Positions 24,899 to 37,975 of a stretch of DNA of 64,000 bases are shown here, piece by piece. The translations under genes were made by a program, and so were the position numbers. Positions within the stretch are counted from its first letter, which is position 1. Each line of letters starts with the position of its first letter. Origin of the DNA: Balanoglossus misakiensis (lineage: Eukaryota; Animalia; Hemichordata); NCBI GenBank assembly GCA_040954595.2, contig CM082597.2, forward strand, positions 3,929,924 to 3,993,923. The letters run 5' to 3'. Below the pieces are notes generated by a model. It ran no database searches. It was not told where the DNA came from and was given only the letters and a program-made list of their open reading frames with translations.

Positions 24899-26064
24899 TT
24901 TGCATAAAAACTGCTAGTTCATTTTTGTGCGGGGAGGGGGTGTATCAACGCTTTCTGGTATAAAACAATGTATAATTTGATTTTGTGCATTATTTTAGCA
25001 TTCTCGATTTATCAGGGAGCACTAGCCTTTATTGTGGAAAAACATTTCTACCATCCTACAATGTATTACTATATGGCTGTTCCTTTTACGTTTTGATATA
25101 AGTGTTCAATTTGGAAATAAACAGCATCTTGTTATCCAATACCGACTGCTTTAAACAAATGAATACGGTCGCATTGCCACACTTCGAACTATTCATGGGT
25201 GCCACCAGCGTCGAGTTCACAAAAACGTCGTCGCCCATCATATGTAGGTCATCTGGTTTGACCACTGAACCTAGTGCATAATGCATTCCAAACATTTCTT
25301 CCGCCACTGGCTGTGTTGTGATATAAGAAAAGGGTCAGGTATAGGTATTGGGCCATTGTAAATGAGGCTCTGATTGGACATTGAAACAAGGACTGTAATT
25401 GGATGAGATTTTATGACATGGCGCTGCCTTTGCAGTTGAAGTAGCCTACATGTGGTAGCCAGATAACGTTGTGAACACTGGAGAAGTAACAAAATACATG
25501 TACTGTATATATAGCCTACCATTGTCTCCGGCATAATGTAACCTTTCACCTAAGCGCAACCTCACACCGGAAGCAATTCCCTCAAGGAGTTCTAGACTAC
25601 AGCACGATATCACTTGGTATCGTTTGTCACCACCAGTAACAGGTCGTTAGTGCTTGATCCCATGGGACGGAATTATTAGCCCGGGCAATAGGTAAATATC
25701 GCTCAGGTGGCGGCGAGCCGTTGCTTCATGTCATATAAAAGCCTATACTGTTGGAAAATGTCACCTGACAGTAACTGTGTACACTGTATTTCTCTATATC
25801 GCGTTCGACCTTCTCTGCTTGTCAAAGGCTCGTGTATGTGTGCACTCACGTCCTGAGTTGAATGTAGTTTTTGAACAATACATCTTTGTGCACTGTGTAT
25901 GCAGCCCAACTCTGATCCAAGGAGTCGAACAAGAAACCATGCAGAATGCTACACAGAATACCCTTTCAACTTCTACTGTCTAAGAACAACCATGTGGTAC
26001 CCCAACCTGACTGTTTCAAACGTTATATACTTATCAACAGGTAAAATCACAGGTTTCAAGAAAT

Positions 26065-27903
26065 ATGGCTGACAAATGTGAACCTGGGTGCCATGGTGAA
26101 GGTGGTAACCAGAGCGATGACCTTCACCACAAAGATGCTGACGCCTGTGGACGCAGAGATGAAGCTGCATCACAAAACAAAACGGAGGGAGAAATTCACA
26201 CACACGATGATTCTGAGGAGGAATTCGAAGATACCTCAGATCCTGAAGAACTCAGGAAAATTTATGATAACCTGAGCAAAACGTACGACGAGGTATAATG
26301 CAGTAGAACACCATTTCCTTTCCTATACTCCTTACATGTATTGCATACATCCTTACCATTGGTCCAGCGCTTTCACGCAGCCATCATGAATTTGAACTCA
26401 AAGCGAGGCCAATGGGAAATAGAGCTGTCAATATGCAAAGGGGTTTCCCCATTGGTCTCGCTTTGGGTTCAAAATTACGAACACATATATTTTGGTAGTA
26501 GTGTCCGAGCTTTGACAAGGAATCTGCATTGACAACAGTTACCCAGTAACCTGTTCCCGCTTTCGTTCATTAAAGGACCTCGCAAAAGAGAATTACAACG
26601 GTCCCAGGAAAGTTGCCGAGGCACTCGCAAAAATGCTGACCGACAAAGAGGCTGAAATTTTAGACATAGGCTGCTGCACCGGACTGGTTGGAGAGGAGGT
26701 GAGTTTATATTTATTTATTTATTGATGGTCACAAATGATGCACAGATGACTAACCGCAATTTGCACGACAACATGCTGCAACATGAAAGTGATTTGTCTG
26801 AAACGATAACTATCCTTAGTCTGGTTAAAAGAAAGCCAAGCATTCTCATTGGCGAATTATACTAAACCATTGCCTAAGTCAAAGCTCATGATTATTACTT
26901 AAAAAAATAAGAGTTTTTCCAACTAAAAATATATTTATAATCTGTAAGTGATTTTTCCTGCCAGCCTATTGTTATTAGTATTGGTAGTAATCGTTGTAGT
27001 AGTAGAATAGTTGTTGTTGTTGTTGTTGCTGTTGTTGTTGCTGTTGTTGTTGTTGTTGTTGTTACTTCTACGTACAACTACTGTAACTAATTCCAATACT
27101 TCAGCAAAGACTCCTACTGTTTTATATACATGATATAGTTACACAAGGTTGGTTTCCGTAACATTGATGGTGTTGATATATCGGATGAATGTATCAAAAT
27201 TGCCCAGGAGAAGAACGTGTACAGGAGAATCGTCAACGAGGTGATTGACCCTGAAAAACAAATGAGTTTCAAATCGCGTAAGTTTTGCACACGTATATAA
27301 TGTGTCAATGTTGTATTGGGACATTGCTTGTTTGATTTTATATTGCAGTCTCAAATTAGAAAACTTTACATAACAAAATATAAATGTATTATATGCATTC
27401 AGGTATGTGTAGCATTGGCATAGATTTTCCTGTCTCCATATGTAAATTACATGTATTTGGATTTAAGTTATCATTATGAAAATAATTTGCTGGTGACCAA
27501 TGTATGTAATGCTATTCTCAGGTTCTTACGATGTAGTTATGTTGGTTGGAGGTGGGATGTTCTTGGATATCAAGATTCTTAAGGAATGGCTTCGTCTGAC
27601 AAAGGAAGGTAAATGCTGTCTTTACATCTGCTATTCACAATACAATAAGTCTTAATTATTTCAGCTTCTTGTGTTCATAATGATATTTAAACAATGAATT
27701 CTTTCTGTTTTATTTCAGATGGCTTAACCGTAATAGGAATAATGCAGAAAGAATATGAAACCGAGAAATATGCCGTTCCTGCTACGATAGACGAGTACGT
27801 AAAGCAGCGCTTGACGGAAAGGGTGAAGACAGAAATCATGGACGATTTCATCATGGGAAAACCCGGAATTGTCGAATACTTGAAACCAGTTCTCACAGCA
27901 TGA
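26065..27903 (+). CDS. METTL27/WBSCR27-like class I SAM methyltransferase, 5 exons
   Basis: Exons 26065-26292, 26576-26698, 27139-27277, 27522-27608, 27719-27903 in phase; motifs YDNLSKTYDEDL, ILDIGCCTGLVG, IDGVDIS, SYDVV, EWLRLTKEDG. Confidence 0.85.
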
Positions 27904-28770
27904 CACTAAGTGTCATTAATACCACTGTTTGATCTTGCATGGGACCAGTTAACGACCATATCATCACAATCAAAACGAAATTAACGCTGTGTCTTCTTTA
28001 CCTATTCGAGGCTAAAATGAAAAGGCGCCTGGAACGCTTTAGTAGCAACATTGTATCACTTAAACAAAACACAACCCAATCATTTCCCTTGTGTCAACAC
28101 GTGTCTTTGTGGGACTTGCAACAATTTATACAGTCACTCTGTTTCTTATCAACTAGACATCTGAAAAAAATCGGTGATCAGTACTTCTGTGCAACTTAAT
28201 CCACTTTGATTATTATAACACGCCTTGCCAAATTATATGAAGCTAATGAACATACTACAACCACCGCATACCATACCTGCCACCTGTGCCACCTAACTGT
28301 ATGTAATATGCTAATAGGAGAGTAGAACTGTCAATTGTCTGATGATCGAATGGCGACAGCTTGAGTGGTGTACAGCCAACAGTTTTATATTACAACAGTA
28401 ATATAAGAAAACAATTTTTGTAGAAACATATTGATGGAACTCGTTTGATTCTTTTAGAAAGGAGATGATAGAGTAGACTACTGCTAAATACATGCAAGTC
28501 TCTCTAAAATCGTTGTCAGTTGAATAGATGTTGGCTTTCTCGACAACAATGACCTTGCACAATTTAATTATGACAAATTAAGTGTACATTTTGCAGTTGT
28601 CAGACAATGTAAGCTTAATTATGCCCCACATGGGATGTACTGTAAATTGGGACAATCTGGTGTTCTGGTGTGACTGGCTGGGCTGATAATCTATTAAAAT
28701 TCGTCTATATAAATGCGGTAGTTTGTGTGATAAGATTATTTCCTGTTGGGAAACCGCCACGCTTGTCAAG

Positions 28771-29510
28771 ATGAAGTTTGTTCTAGTTCTTCTTGCATGC
28801 TTCTTGCAGGTAAGGTGTTTCTCGAGAATTTGGTTTTCGCTGCAGGGTATTTAGGCACATCCGGTCAGCTTTCAAATCAGTCACATCTACAGGAAGTGTC
28901 TCCTGCAAATGTTACAAATTGTCACATTGTATCTGGAAGCGTACAAACTTTTGGAACTGTGACAAATTACATGAATGGTTCCGCTTACAAAGAATTGGGT
29001 CAATAACTGAGTTATGTTATATGCAGTCCAGGGTGTTCTCAAGACACAAACCGATTTTATCAAACGCCCAAATTCCAACAGTCAATAAGTAAGAGTATTC
29101 ATATATAAGTATGGGGAAGTGAGGATATATACAATAGTTTAGGATCACCGCATGGACATCAAACACTAACCTCGCCCCTAACAGATAGTTGGGATTGTTT
29201 GGGTCATAATGTCAATTGATAGATGTTCATATCCATTTATTTGTGAGCTTGACCTTGTCTCCCTTGTTTCAAAATTTCTCTTTTCTTCTCCAGAAAACTG
29301 TTGAATGCACTCGCGATAAACGTTCATATGATGGTAAGTTCTACATATCTTTTTGTTCAGGGGATTCCCTAATACTGAAACCATTTTCCATCAGCAATAT
29401 AGTGTGAATAGTTACTATGAATTCAATTCCCTGAGAAAAGTACGGCTTTTACCTTTTACACTAGGTATGATGAAAAAGGTCATATATTTTTTTAGAGGTG
29501 GTAGCAAGTG

Positions 29511-29607
<97 letters not shown>

Positions 29608-29733
29608 GATGATGATGATGATGATGATGATGGTGATGATTGTGTGTGCGAATGAGTGTGGTTTGTATGATGTGTGTGGTGTGTGTGGTTCGTATGATGT
29701 GTGCGGTGAGTGGGCATGAGTAATGATGATGAT

Positions 29734-29801
<68 letters not shown>

Positions 29802-32506
29802 ACTAGGTGCCTCACTGATTGGTGTGACTGAAGACAAGTCACTGGTGACACGATCTGTGGGTTTCGGTGGCCAATGGAGTGTGGTCCCAAACAGCTGCTG
29901 TGTTACTCGAATCGCCGTTATGAATGACGGCACTCTACTTGGCGTTGGCGAAGATGGCTCCCTGTACACAAAACAAAGCCTGGAAGTTGGCAGGTGGACC
30001 GTCGTGGACAACAGTTGCTGCGTTGACGACGTTAGCGTTATGCCGGATGGTACAATCATAGGTGCGAGTAGGAAGAGATTGGTATACCGATCTGATCTGA
30101 ATGGTGAGTGGGTTATAGCTAAGAAGAGTATGGGCATCGTCCGAGTCGATGCTTTCAGCGACGGAAGATTAGTGGGCGTTACAGCAATGGGAGCTCTGAA
30201 AGTCAGAGATGGTATAAATGGACGGTGGAAGCTGTTGAAGAGTAGACAGTTTAAGGCGGACGACATTGCCATACAGCCAGATGGTGTTATTCTTGGTATA
30301 AAGAAGAGAGCCTGTGGAGTCCACGTTCGCAGTGACGCTGGGAGGTGGGGTTCAGAATTAACAGAAAGCAGATGTGTGATATCGATAGCTGCTCCTGGAA
30401 ACTCTGGTAAGTCACAGTTGAGCCTCAGAAAATTCTATCTGTCTATGATTGAGAGTATAGACAGTTTCATCAAGGTTAAATGAGGCATGCATAAACTAAC
30501 CTTTAAGTTTTACTGACTGACAATTATTGTGACTTTGCTGAGTTTATTTGTTGTTTTATTCACACAGAGAGTCTAGTAGAACCGGAGCCAACCGAGGCAC
30601 CACCACCACCACCCCCACCCCCTCCGACAACTGCAGCGCCACCACCCCCACCCCCTCCGACAACCGCAGCACCACCACCCCCACCCCCTCCGACAACTGC
30701 AGCGCCACCACCCCCACCCCCTCCGACAACAGCACCACCACCACCCCCACCCCCTCCGACAACAGCAGCACCGCCGCCCCCACCCCCTGAAACAACAGCA
30801 CCGCCAGTCGTAACAACAGGTAAGGAACTATGCCCAATGAATACTTATGGTGACGTATTGCATGCCATGGCATTTGCTGGGGGAAAAGAGCACACACACA
30901 TGCACAGAATTGAAAGACCGCGGGTGATTTAACATGGGAGCTACCGAGTGTCTTACCTGCCGTGCTGAACACAACACCACAGTCATGTTATGATGTTATT
31001 CCAACACACATGACAACTTTCTTCAGTAGCCTCTCAGAACAAGTGATGTTATATCCATTAGACGTAAGAAACAATTTAAGCAAGTACAATATTGAAAAAC
31101 ACAGTTAGGGAACCACTATTTATGATTTTACATGGAAGGCCTATGGAATCCTTTTAACAATACATTGTGATATCGCTACGACAGTTGTATTGACGTTAGG
31201 GGTTTATTAAAATCCATGAACCAGCTAATTTCCCCGATGTATCTAATTTATTATACAACATACGATTTATTCTTTTCTTGTGTCTCATTGTATTTTTAAC
31301 GCAATTCGTCTTTTTTTAACTTTATATACAAAGCTAAACCAATACCGCCTGGAAAACCATCAGGTAATTTAGATACAATAACGCTATTATGGATAAATGC
31401 AGTTTAAATTTATTGTCGATAAAACTGTCTTTCGAGTGGGTTTCTTGGTTGTGTTGTGTTGTGTTGTGCGGAGTTCTTTTGATTTCTGTCTTTCTTCTTT
31501 CTCTCTTTTATATTATATCATCGTTCGAGACACGCCTCTCTTCTATTCCATTTATAGGCACCTTGTATGGACTTGGTCTCGGCTATCTGATCTACAAACG
31601 AGATGGCATAAACGCGGGTGTTTGGGAAGGGCCACTTCCTAACAGTTGCTGCGTTATAGATTTTACCACTCTGGCAGACGGAAGACTGGTGGGTGTCGGA
31701 GAAGATAACCAGCTGTACGTGAAGGCTGATGACAGTGCGCCGTGGGTTGGACCGGTGGCAAATAGCGGTGATGTTACTCATATCACCGCGATGCCCGATG
31801 GTACATTGGTCGGCGTGGGTTCGGATAATCAGCTGTACACACGTCCAGGCGTAGAAGGTGTCTGGTCTGGTCCAGTGCCTGGTAGCTATGGTGTAATTAC
31901 GGTTTCAGCCATGCCTGACGGTGGATTGCTCGGTCTGGGCGTGGACGGACCGCTGTACCACCGTCCAGGTATTCAAGGAACATGGACTGGCGTGCATGAC
32001 ACTCGTCTTCTGTATGATGTCACAGTCGGCGCAGATGGCACAGTAGTTGGTGCTGAAACAGACTTCGCCATTTATAGCAAATCATCGTATGATGTACTGA
32101 CTGGTTGGGGAAATCGAATCGACGACAGCCAATTCATCTTTGCCGTATCATTTTCAAAGGTGAGTTATTAAATTTTCTTCATCAGAACTCATAAGTTCTC
32201 CGAGTTTATGACTCAGGATAGATTTACAAAGGTTGACAAGAATATATATTTACATGACTTGTATACTATTAAAAATGACGTTGACACAGATGGTGTTCCC
32301 GGATAGCATGTTTTTAGCTCATTATTGGTCCGTTAGAACACGCCAGCAATATAAGGAAGAAAAAGAAAGCGCTAAAACTGTTACACGGGCTGATTGACAG
32401 GCAATATTCATTGCTTTGAGAACACGTACGTTCTATAGTTTTATGTCTATACACTTTCATCCATTCCCAAATGAAATCTAGTTTCACTGTTTCTTTGCAG
32501 GTGTGA
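28771..32506 (+). CDS. Secreted tectonin/tachylectin-like protein: two 5-repeat beta-propeller modules joined by a Pro/Thr linker
   Basis: Exons 28771-28809, 29294-29333, 29807-30406, 30568-30819, 31558-32159, 32501-32506 in phase. Signal peptide MKFVLVLLACFLQ; ~40-aa repeats such as DGTLLGVGEDGSLYTK...W...NSCCV. Confidence 0.8.
29511..29800. repeat. Compound (GCT)n/(GAT)n microsatellites in a lectin-gene intron
   Basis: Visible trinucleotide runs at about 29511-29640 and 29723-29800. Confidence 0.95.
30598..30790 (+). repeat. 33-bp coding minisatellite encoding (PPPPPPPTTAA)n
   Basis: About 6 copies of CCACCACCCCCACCCCCTCCGACAAC.GCAGC. Confidence 0.9.
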
Positions 32507-33507
32507 GGAAAGAAAATGAACCACCGAAAAGATATATTGATGCTGATATTTGTGGCGTACAAGAAGACGACTGTTATAATGAAATTACAAACATGTGCGT
32601 TTTTACACTTGTAGGCTATGTAGCCATGAAAATAAAAGTACAGAGATATGCCTATTAATAAAAGTTAAGTTGTTCCTTTATGGTTTATGAAGTTGGTGGT
32701 GCTCGTTGCAAATCGCCTCTACAACCTTGAGGCATTTCCAGAAAGGGAGTTTCATGCAGGTGTGCATTTGAGAAACAATGGGTGTTGATGAAAGGCACAT
32801 CACTTCAAGGACCTTTGCAATGCACACATGTGCAGGAAGTCTATTTTGAATAGACTGAATAAAGTCATTTGTACTTGTTGTCAATTAAGTACGGAAGCAG
32901 CTGGTCTATCGGTTCCAGTGCAGTGCCCTAGCTGGGCGGGGTGTTTGGTGAGACCGGGGCAGGTAGAGCAGTCGCTGGTAACGCAGCTGTATGTTGAGGC
33001 AATATGCTAATTTCTTTATGCTAATTTAGAATTAGCATTACTAAATAACGAAATTAGCATATCGCCCCACCATGCCTACAGGAGCGTTTCCACAGCTGGG
33101 GGAGCAGTTGCCCATGAAATTCATAAGAAAATTTTTTGATTCAACGTTTCGGATACTTTTCTTTGCTGCTTAGATTAATTTCACCCATTAGCCCTACATC
33201 GTGTATCTTGGCTCGTGGTGGATGCTTTGCTAAACATGATTGTCAATTTAAAGGGTGATTTCCGGTATTTAGCCTACCAACGGGCCTACCATCATCATTG
33301 TCATCATCGACAAATCATGCCCCGCGATCCAAGCCCTGAGAAACCGGAAAGAAGGACGCCCCCAGTGACAACGTTTATTTGTGCGGTCAAAGGTCACGCC
33401 ATTGAATTATTTTTCTCTCCGTCTGCCTTTGTGCGTTCTGGGCTTTGGTGTTAATTATTTATCAAAGTAAACAGTTAGTTTGGTACATCGCTTCATCGAA
33501 TGCAACT

Positions 33508-33809
33508 ATGTCATTGAACGAAGGTTGGGAGTTGAGCGGGGTTTGCGTCGAACAGAACGAAGCAAGCTATTCGGCACAGCCAGAGTATGAACCGAACCAT
33601 AAACACACAGACGGAAGTTGCCACAATGACCTCGGTGAGTAAATATACCGTCTGTTCTGACGAGAGTCTCTTCTAAGAGGAGAAATAGTTTAAGGAGATA
33701 ACTCTCAATGACTGGTTAAATACATATTCCGTTACACATATTCTGAATGGTGGGTACAGAAAATAAATATTTACGATCATGGCGATCGATGCACTTGAGC
33801 CCAGCCACT

Positions 33810-33847
<38 letters not shown>

Positions 33848-36536
33848 GTATGCAAGGGACTGGCCATGGGTGACTGCAGGAGCTAGCTTCAGGACCGTAG
33901 CTCGAGGTTTGATTTGCCTTCCACACATAATAGACTCCGAGCTATGGCGCTGCAGCTAGCCATGGCCAATCCAAGTCAAATCTGTTCTGACCATTTAAAT
34001 CCTGCGTCTGTACATGTGTCGTGTAGTCGCTCCCCTGTCGTCGTCCCCTGTCCGAAGCGTGTCTTTCAATAGTTCTGTACATAATGTCCCTTGACATAAT
34101 GACCTTCATATTATACGCATTTCAGAAACATCAGACAATCTCGATGATGCGACCATTCCTGATCACCAGTACGGTTTCAGTGAACTCCCTGAAACGACAC
34201 ATGAAAAACCAAGCAATGTGTTTGAGTATGAAGATTTTTCATCCAAAGGTAGGCTGTAGTACATGTCATATGATCTTTTCTAATCGCTAACCCTAAGAAC
34301 TGTACTTTGGTTGTACAAGCATTGACTGTCCTGTACTAAGCTCTTCTTAAAACTTAATATTTCAGAGTGTCATGAAATGATGGTAGAAATCAGAAAGTAT
34401 GACGGACAGCACGAGTTTGGTCTTATGTTTGAAACAGCATGTAAGAAATTAGCACGTCTGTTTGAAGATAATTCATTGGCTGCAGCTGGTAAGTAATGCT
34501 TAAGGACTGTAAGTCCATTCTTAAGATCCGAGTGGCACTTACAAATATTTAAACTATTTTTTTTATATTATACAAATGAAAATTAAACTCTCATGAAAAG
34601 AATCAGACAAGAAGCCTTTAACAACAAAAGTGAATACATGTACATAATGTGGTACTACGCAGTGATATTTCTTGCCACAGGTATAGTGCATGAATGATTA
34701 AATTTTCTTGTATTTTGTTTGTCAACAGATGTGTCAGTTATTGTCCAGAGCCTTGCACAGCGCGATCACTTATCTGTGGAATTTCAGCCCACAGAAGGTG
34801 ATTTGCAGACAACGTTTGCTGATATCTACGCAAACCACTATGATTTGGACAGTGTGACAGTTGAATCGAGGCCGCTACTATTCGATTACTTTACCATATT
34901 CTTAAACCAGAATGAAACACAAGAAGCAAACAATGACTCAGATTTAAATAAACAACTGGCGGCAAACTCAGACGGAAAGTATGCCTGCGAGGTGTGTGGA
35001 AAGATTTTCTCAATGAGGGAAAATCTGAGGAGACACCTGAAAACGCACTTGAATTTTCGACCGTACACGTGCCTTGAGTGTGGCAATACGTTCACCGAGA
35101 ACCACTCCCTCAAAAGGCACCTCAAACTGCACGCCAACGACCGACCGCACTCGTGCAAAGAGTGCGGCAAGTCGTTCACCGAGGCCTTTTACCTGAAAAC
35201 GCACATGAAGACCCATTCGGACGACCGGCCGTACGCCTGCTCCGAGTGCGGCAAGATGTTCAAATTGCGCGGCAGTCTGCAGGTGCACCAGCGGATCCAC
35301 TCGGACGAGAGACCCTTCGCCTGCAAACTGTGCGGGAAAACGTTCCGCGAGAACGGCAGCCTGACGAAGCACACGCGGTCGCACACCAACGAAAAACCGT
35401 ACCTGTGCACGGAGTGCGGCAAGGCGTTCTCGCAGTCTAGCCACCTCAAAGTGCACCAGATGATACACGCCAACGAACGACTGTACGTGTGCAAAGAGTG
35501 CGGCAAGAGCTTCAACGAGAGCGGCACCCTGAAGAACCACGTCAGGATCCACACCAACGAAAGGCCCTTCGTCTGCAAGGAGTGCGGGAAGACGTTCTCG
35601 CGGTACAGCTGCCTGCAGAAGCACATCCCCATCCACTCGGACAGCAAGCCCTTCAAGTGCGAGGCGTGCGGCAAACTGTTCCGCGAACGGTGGATCTTGA
35701 TACAGCACGAGAGGACGCACACGAAAGTGAAACCCTACGTTTGCACGGAATGCGGAAAGGGTTACACGGTGAGCGCCAGTCTGAAAAGACACGTGCGGTG
35801 CCACTTTGACGAAAAGCCCTTCGAATGCGAGGAGTGCGGCAAGAGCTTCACGGAGAAGTGGATCCTGAGCCAGCACCTGAGGACGCACACAAACGAACGG
35901 CCGTACGTCTGCAAGGAATGCGGCCGGAGCTACACGGTCAAGGGCAGCCTGATCAAACACATGGAGAGCCACGCAAACGAGAGACTGCCAGCGCATGTGT
36001 GGAAAGAGTGCGGCGAAACTCTCATTCTGAATGACAGTTTAGTTGATCCATCAGTCATCAACACAGAAAGCGATTCATCGAGGAACCGGGTTAGTGAGGA
36101 TACCCGCACACAAAGTGACCAGAGTGATGACAGTTTACCAACGGACCAGGTTGTGTACACAGATGATTTTTCGTCGCAACAAGAGTCAGCCAATGCTGAG
36201 TGCAGTTCAACAATTAGCATTGACGAAGACAGTTTCCCAAAACAACAGCCTATTGGCATGGATGGTACTATTCCCGGGCACACAGACAACTGTTCGTCGG
36301 AGATGCAGACGGCCCTCAGAGAAGGCATGTTTCCAGAACACCAGCGGCCTGAAATCATGGACTGTAATTTACAACAACAGGACACTGATGCAGAGGACAG
36401 TAACTCCAATCATTATCAGCCGATCAGCATCGGGAATAGTTTTCTGGAGCAAGAATCAATTGGTGTTGTCGGAATGGACTGCAGTTCACAACAACAGCAA
36501 CAGGATGAACCAATAGATTATAGCTTAAAGAGTTAA
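33508..36536 (+). CDS. C2H2 zinc-finger protein (12 fingers), 4 exons
   Basis: Exons 33508-33634, 34126-34248, 34366-34488, 34729-36536; 12 CxxC...HxxxH fingers with TNERPY-type linkers plus one degenerate finger; C-terminal PIDYS. Confidence 0.88.
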
Positions 36537-37975
36537 AGAGATGTCCAGTAATTCGGATGGAAGACAGCTATACGATCCATGTGACGTAAAAAATGGAAGA
36601 TAGAGGATGATGTTAACATACAGTTTGTGGCAGAACTTTGATTCCATCCAGGTGTTCTTTTGCCCAGTTACAAATCATTATGCCCATCATATCACTGATC
36701 AAGTTTTGACTGGAAATGATCATGTCTATTCATCAAATGAAAATAATAGTTTTCGTATGAAGAGGATACCGAAACCTTAATAAGAAGTGCAATTGATAGA
36801 TTGTATGTATTTTCCCCAAAATAACGAAAATACTAAATTGCGATTTAAAAATTGTAACAGGAATTGTAAGTGGCATTTTGGATTTATACTTATACCAATA
36901 AATATAATCACTTAAATACAGTATGTCCTTAGGCTTTTTATGCCCTAATTTATGTAAATTATGATAAATTATTGACATGAATTTTCCTTAGTAATATTAA
37001 ATTATCATTTTTATGAAGTGACTCAACTATACAAAAAAAATATTCCTGAAGTTTCCATGTGATGTAAAAATATTTATGATACATGTACGCATTGCAAGAC
37101 AGAGTTTAGAAAATTTAGTATCTCAATGTTACTTCTTATTAGCATTCATATACTATCACTGACTATATCAAACTATAATTGGATAATGTACAAATTTGTC
37201 TTTTATTTAAATCTATGCATGTGCAATATTGTACCATTTAACTAAGTTAAATGGAGCAACGTCTGCCAAATTTTATGTGTATTTATAATAATGCAACATC
37301 TCTTCGCAATTTTCATGACATTGTATTACGGTATGCTTTATACTGTATTGTAAAACAAACTTCAAAGTGCTATCATTGTAAAATATTTTTAAAATAGTAA
37401 AAGTATGTCAAGTGCTTAATGTACACGCAAATGTAAAATAGAACATGTATTAAATGTTTTAGAAGCAACAATTGACCTCTGTGTGTGTTTGTTGTTTACA
37501 CTCCCATTTCAAAGTATGGAAACGTGATTTATGTCTACCAATACGGACAACTGTCTAGTAAAATTAGTAACAACATGTATGCAGTAGCAAAAAGATGCAA
37601 TAAAAAAAATTATGAATACAGAAAAGTAGTTTCAAGTTTGACAAGTTTGTCCAGTGCGCAAAATAACCAAATAAGTTCAAAAGTGGCATTGTTCCTTTTA
37701 TAATGTATACTGAATTTGCTTCTTTTGAACTTTGCACTTAGACTGAATGACATATAAGTGCTGTTAAATTATTTACTGGTTGCAGGGTATATTTTGTTCG
37801 TGTGATTTGTAACTTGGCACCAGAATGGAACAGCTTATTAAACACACGGAAATTAACACAAACGTTGAATGCTACCATTAACTAACCCCAAAGTAAATAA
37901 TTATGTCCCTGCAAATTAAAGCCATTTGCTTCATCTCCGAGCCTGAAGACTAGTGTAGCACCAAGGATCGCCACA

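Noticed and set aside
29415-30272. Poly-His/Ser/Ala and poly-Asp ORFs
   Set aside because: Produced by trinucleotide microsatellites and the antisense of the lectin exon.
35010-35996. 328-aa minus-strand ORF
   Set aside because: Antisense shadow of the zinc-finger repeats.
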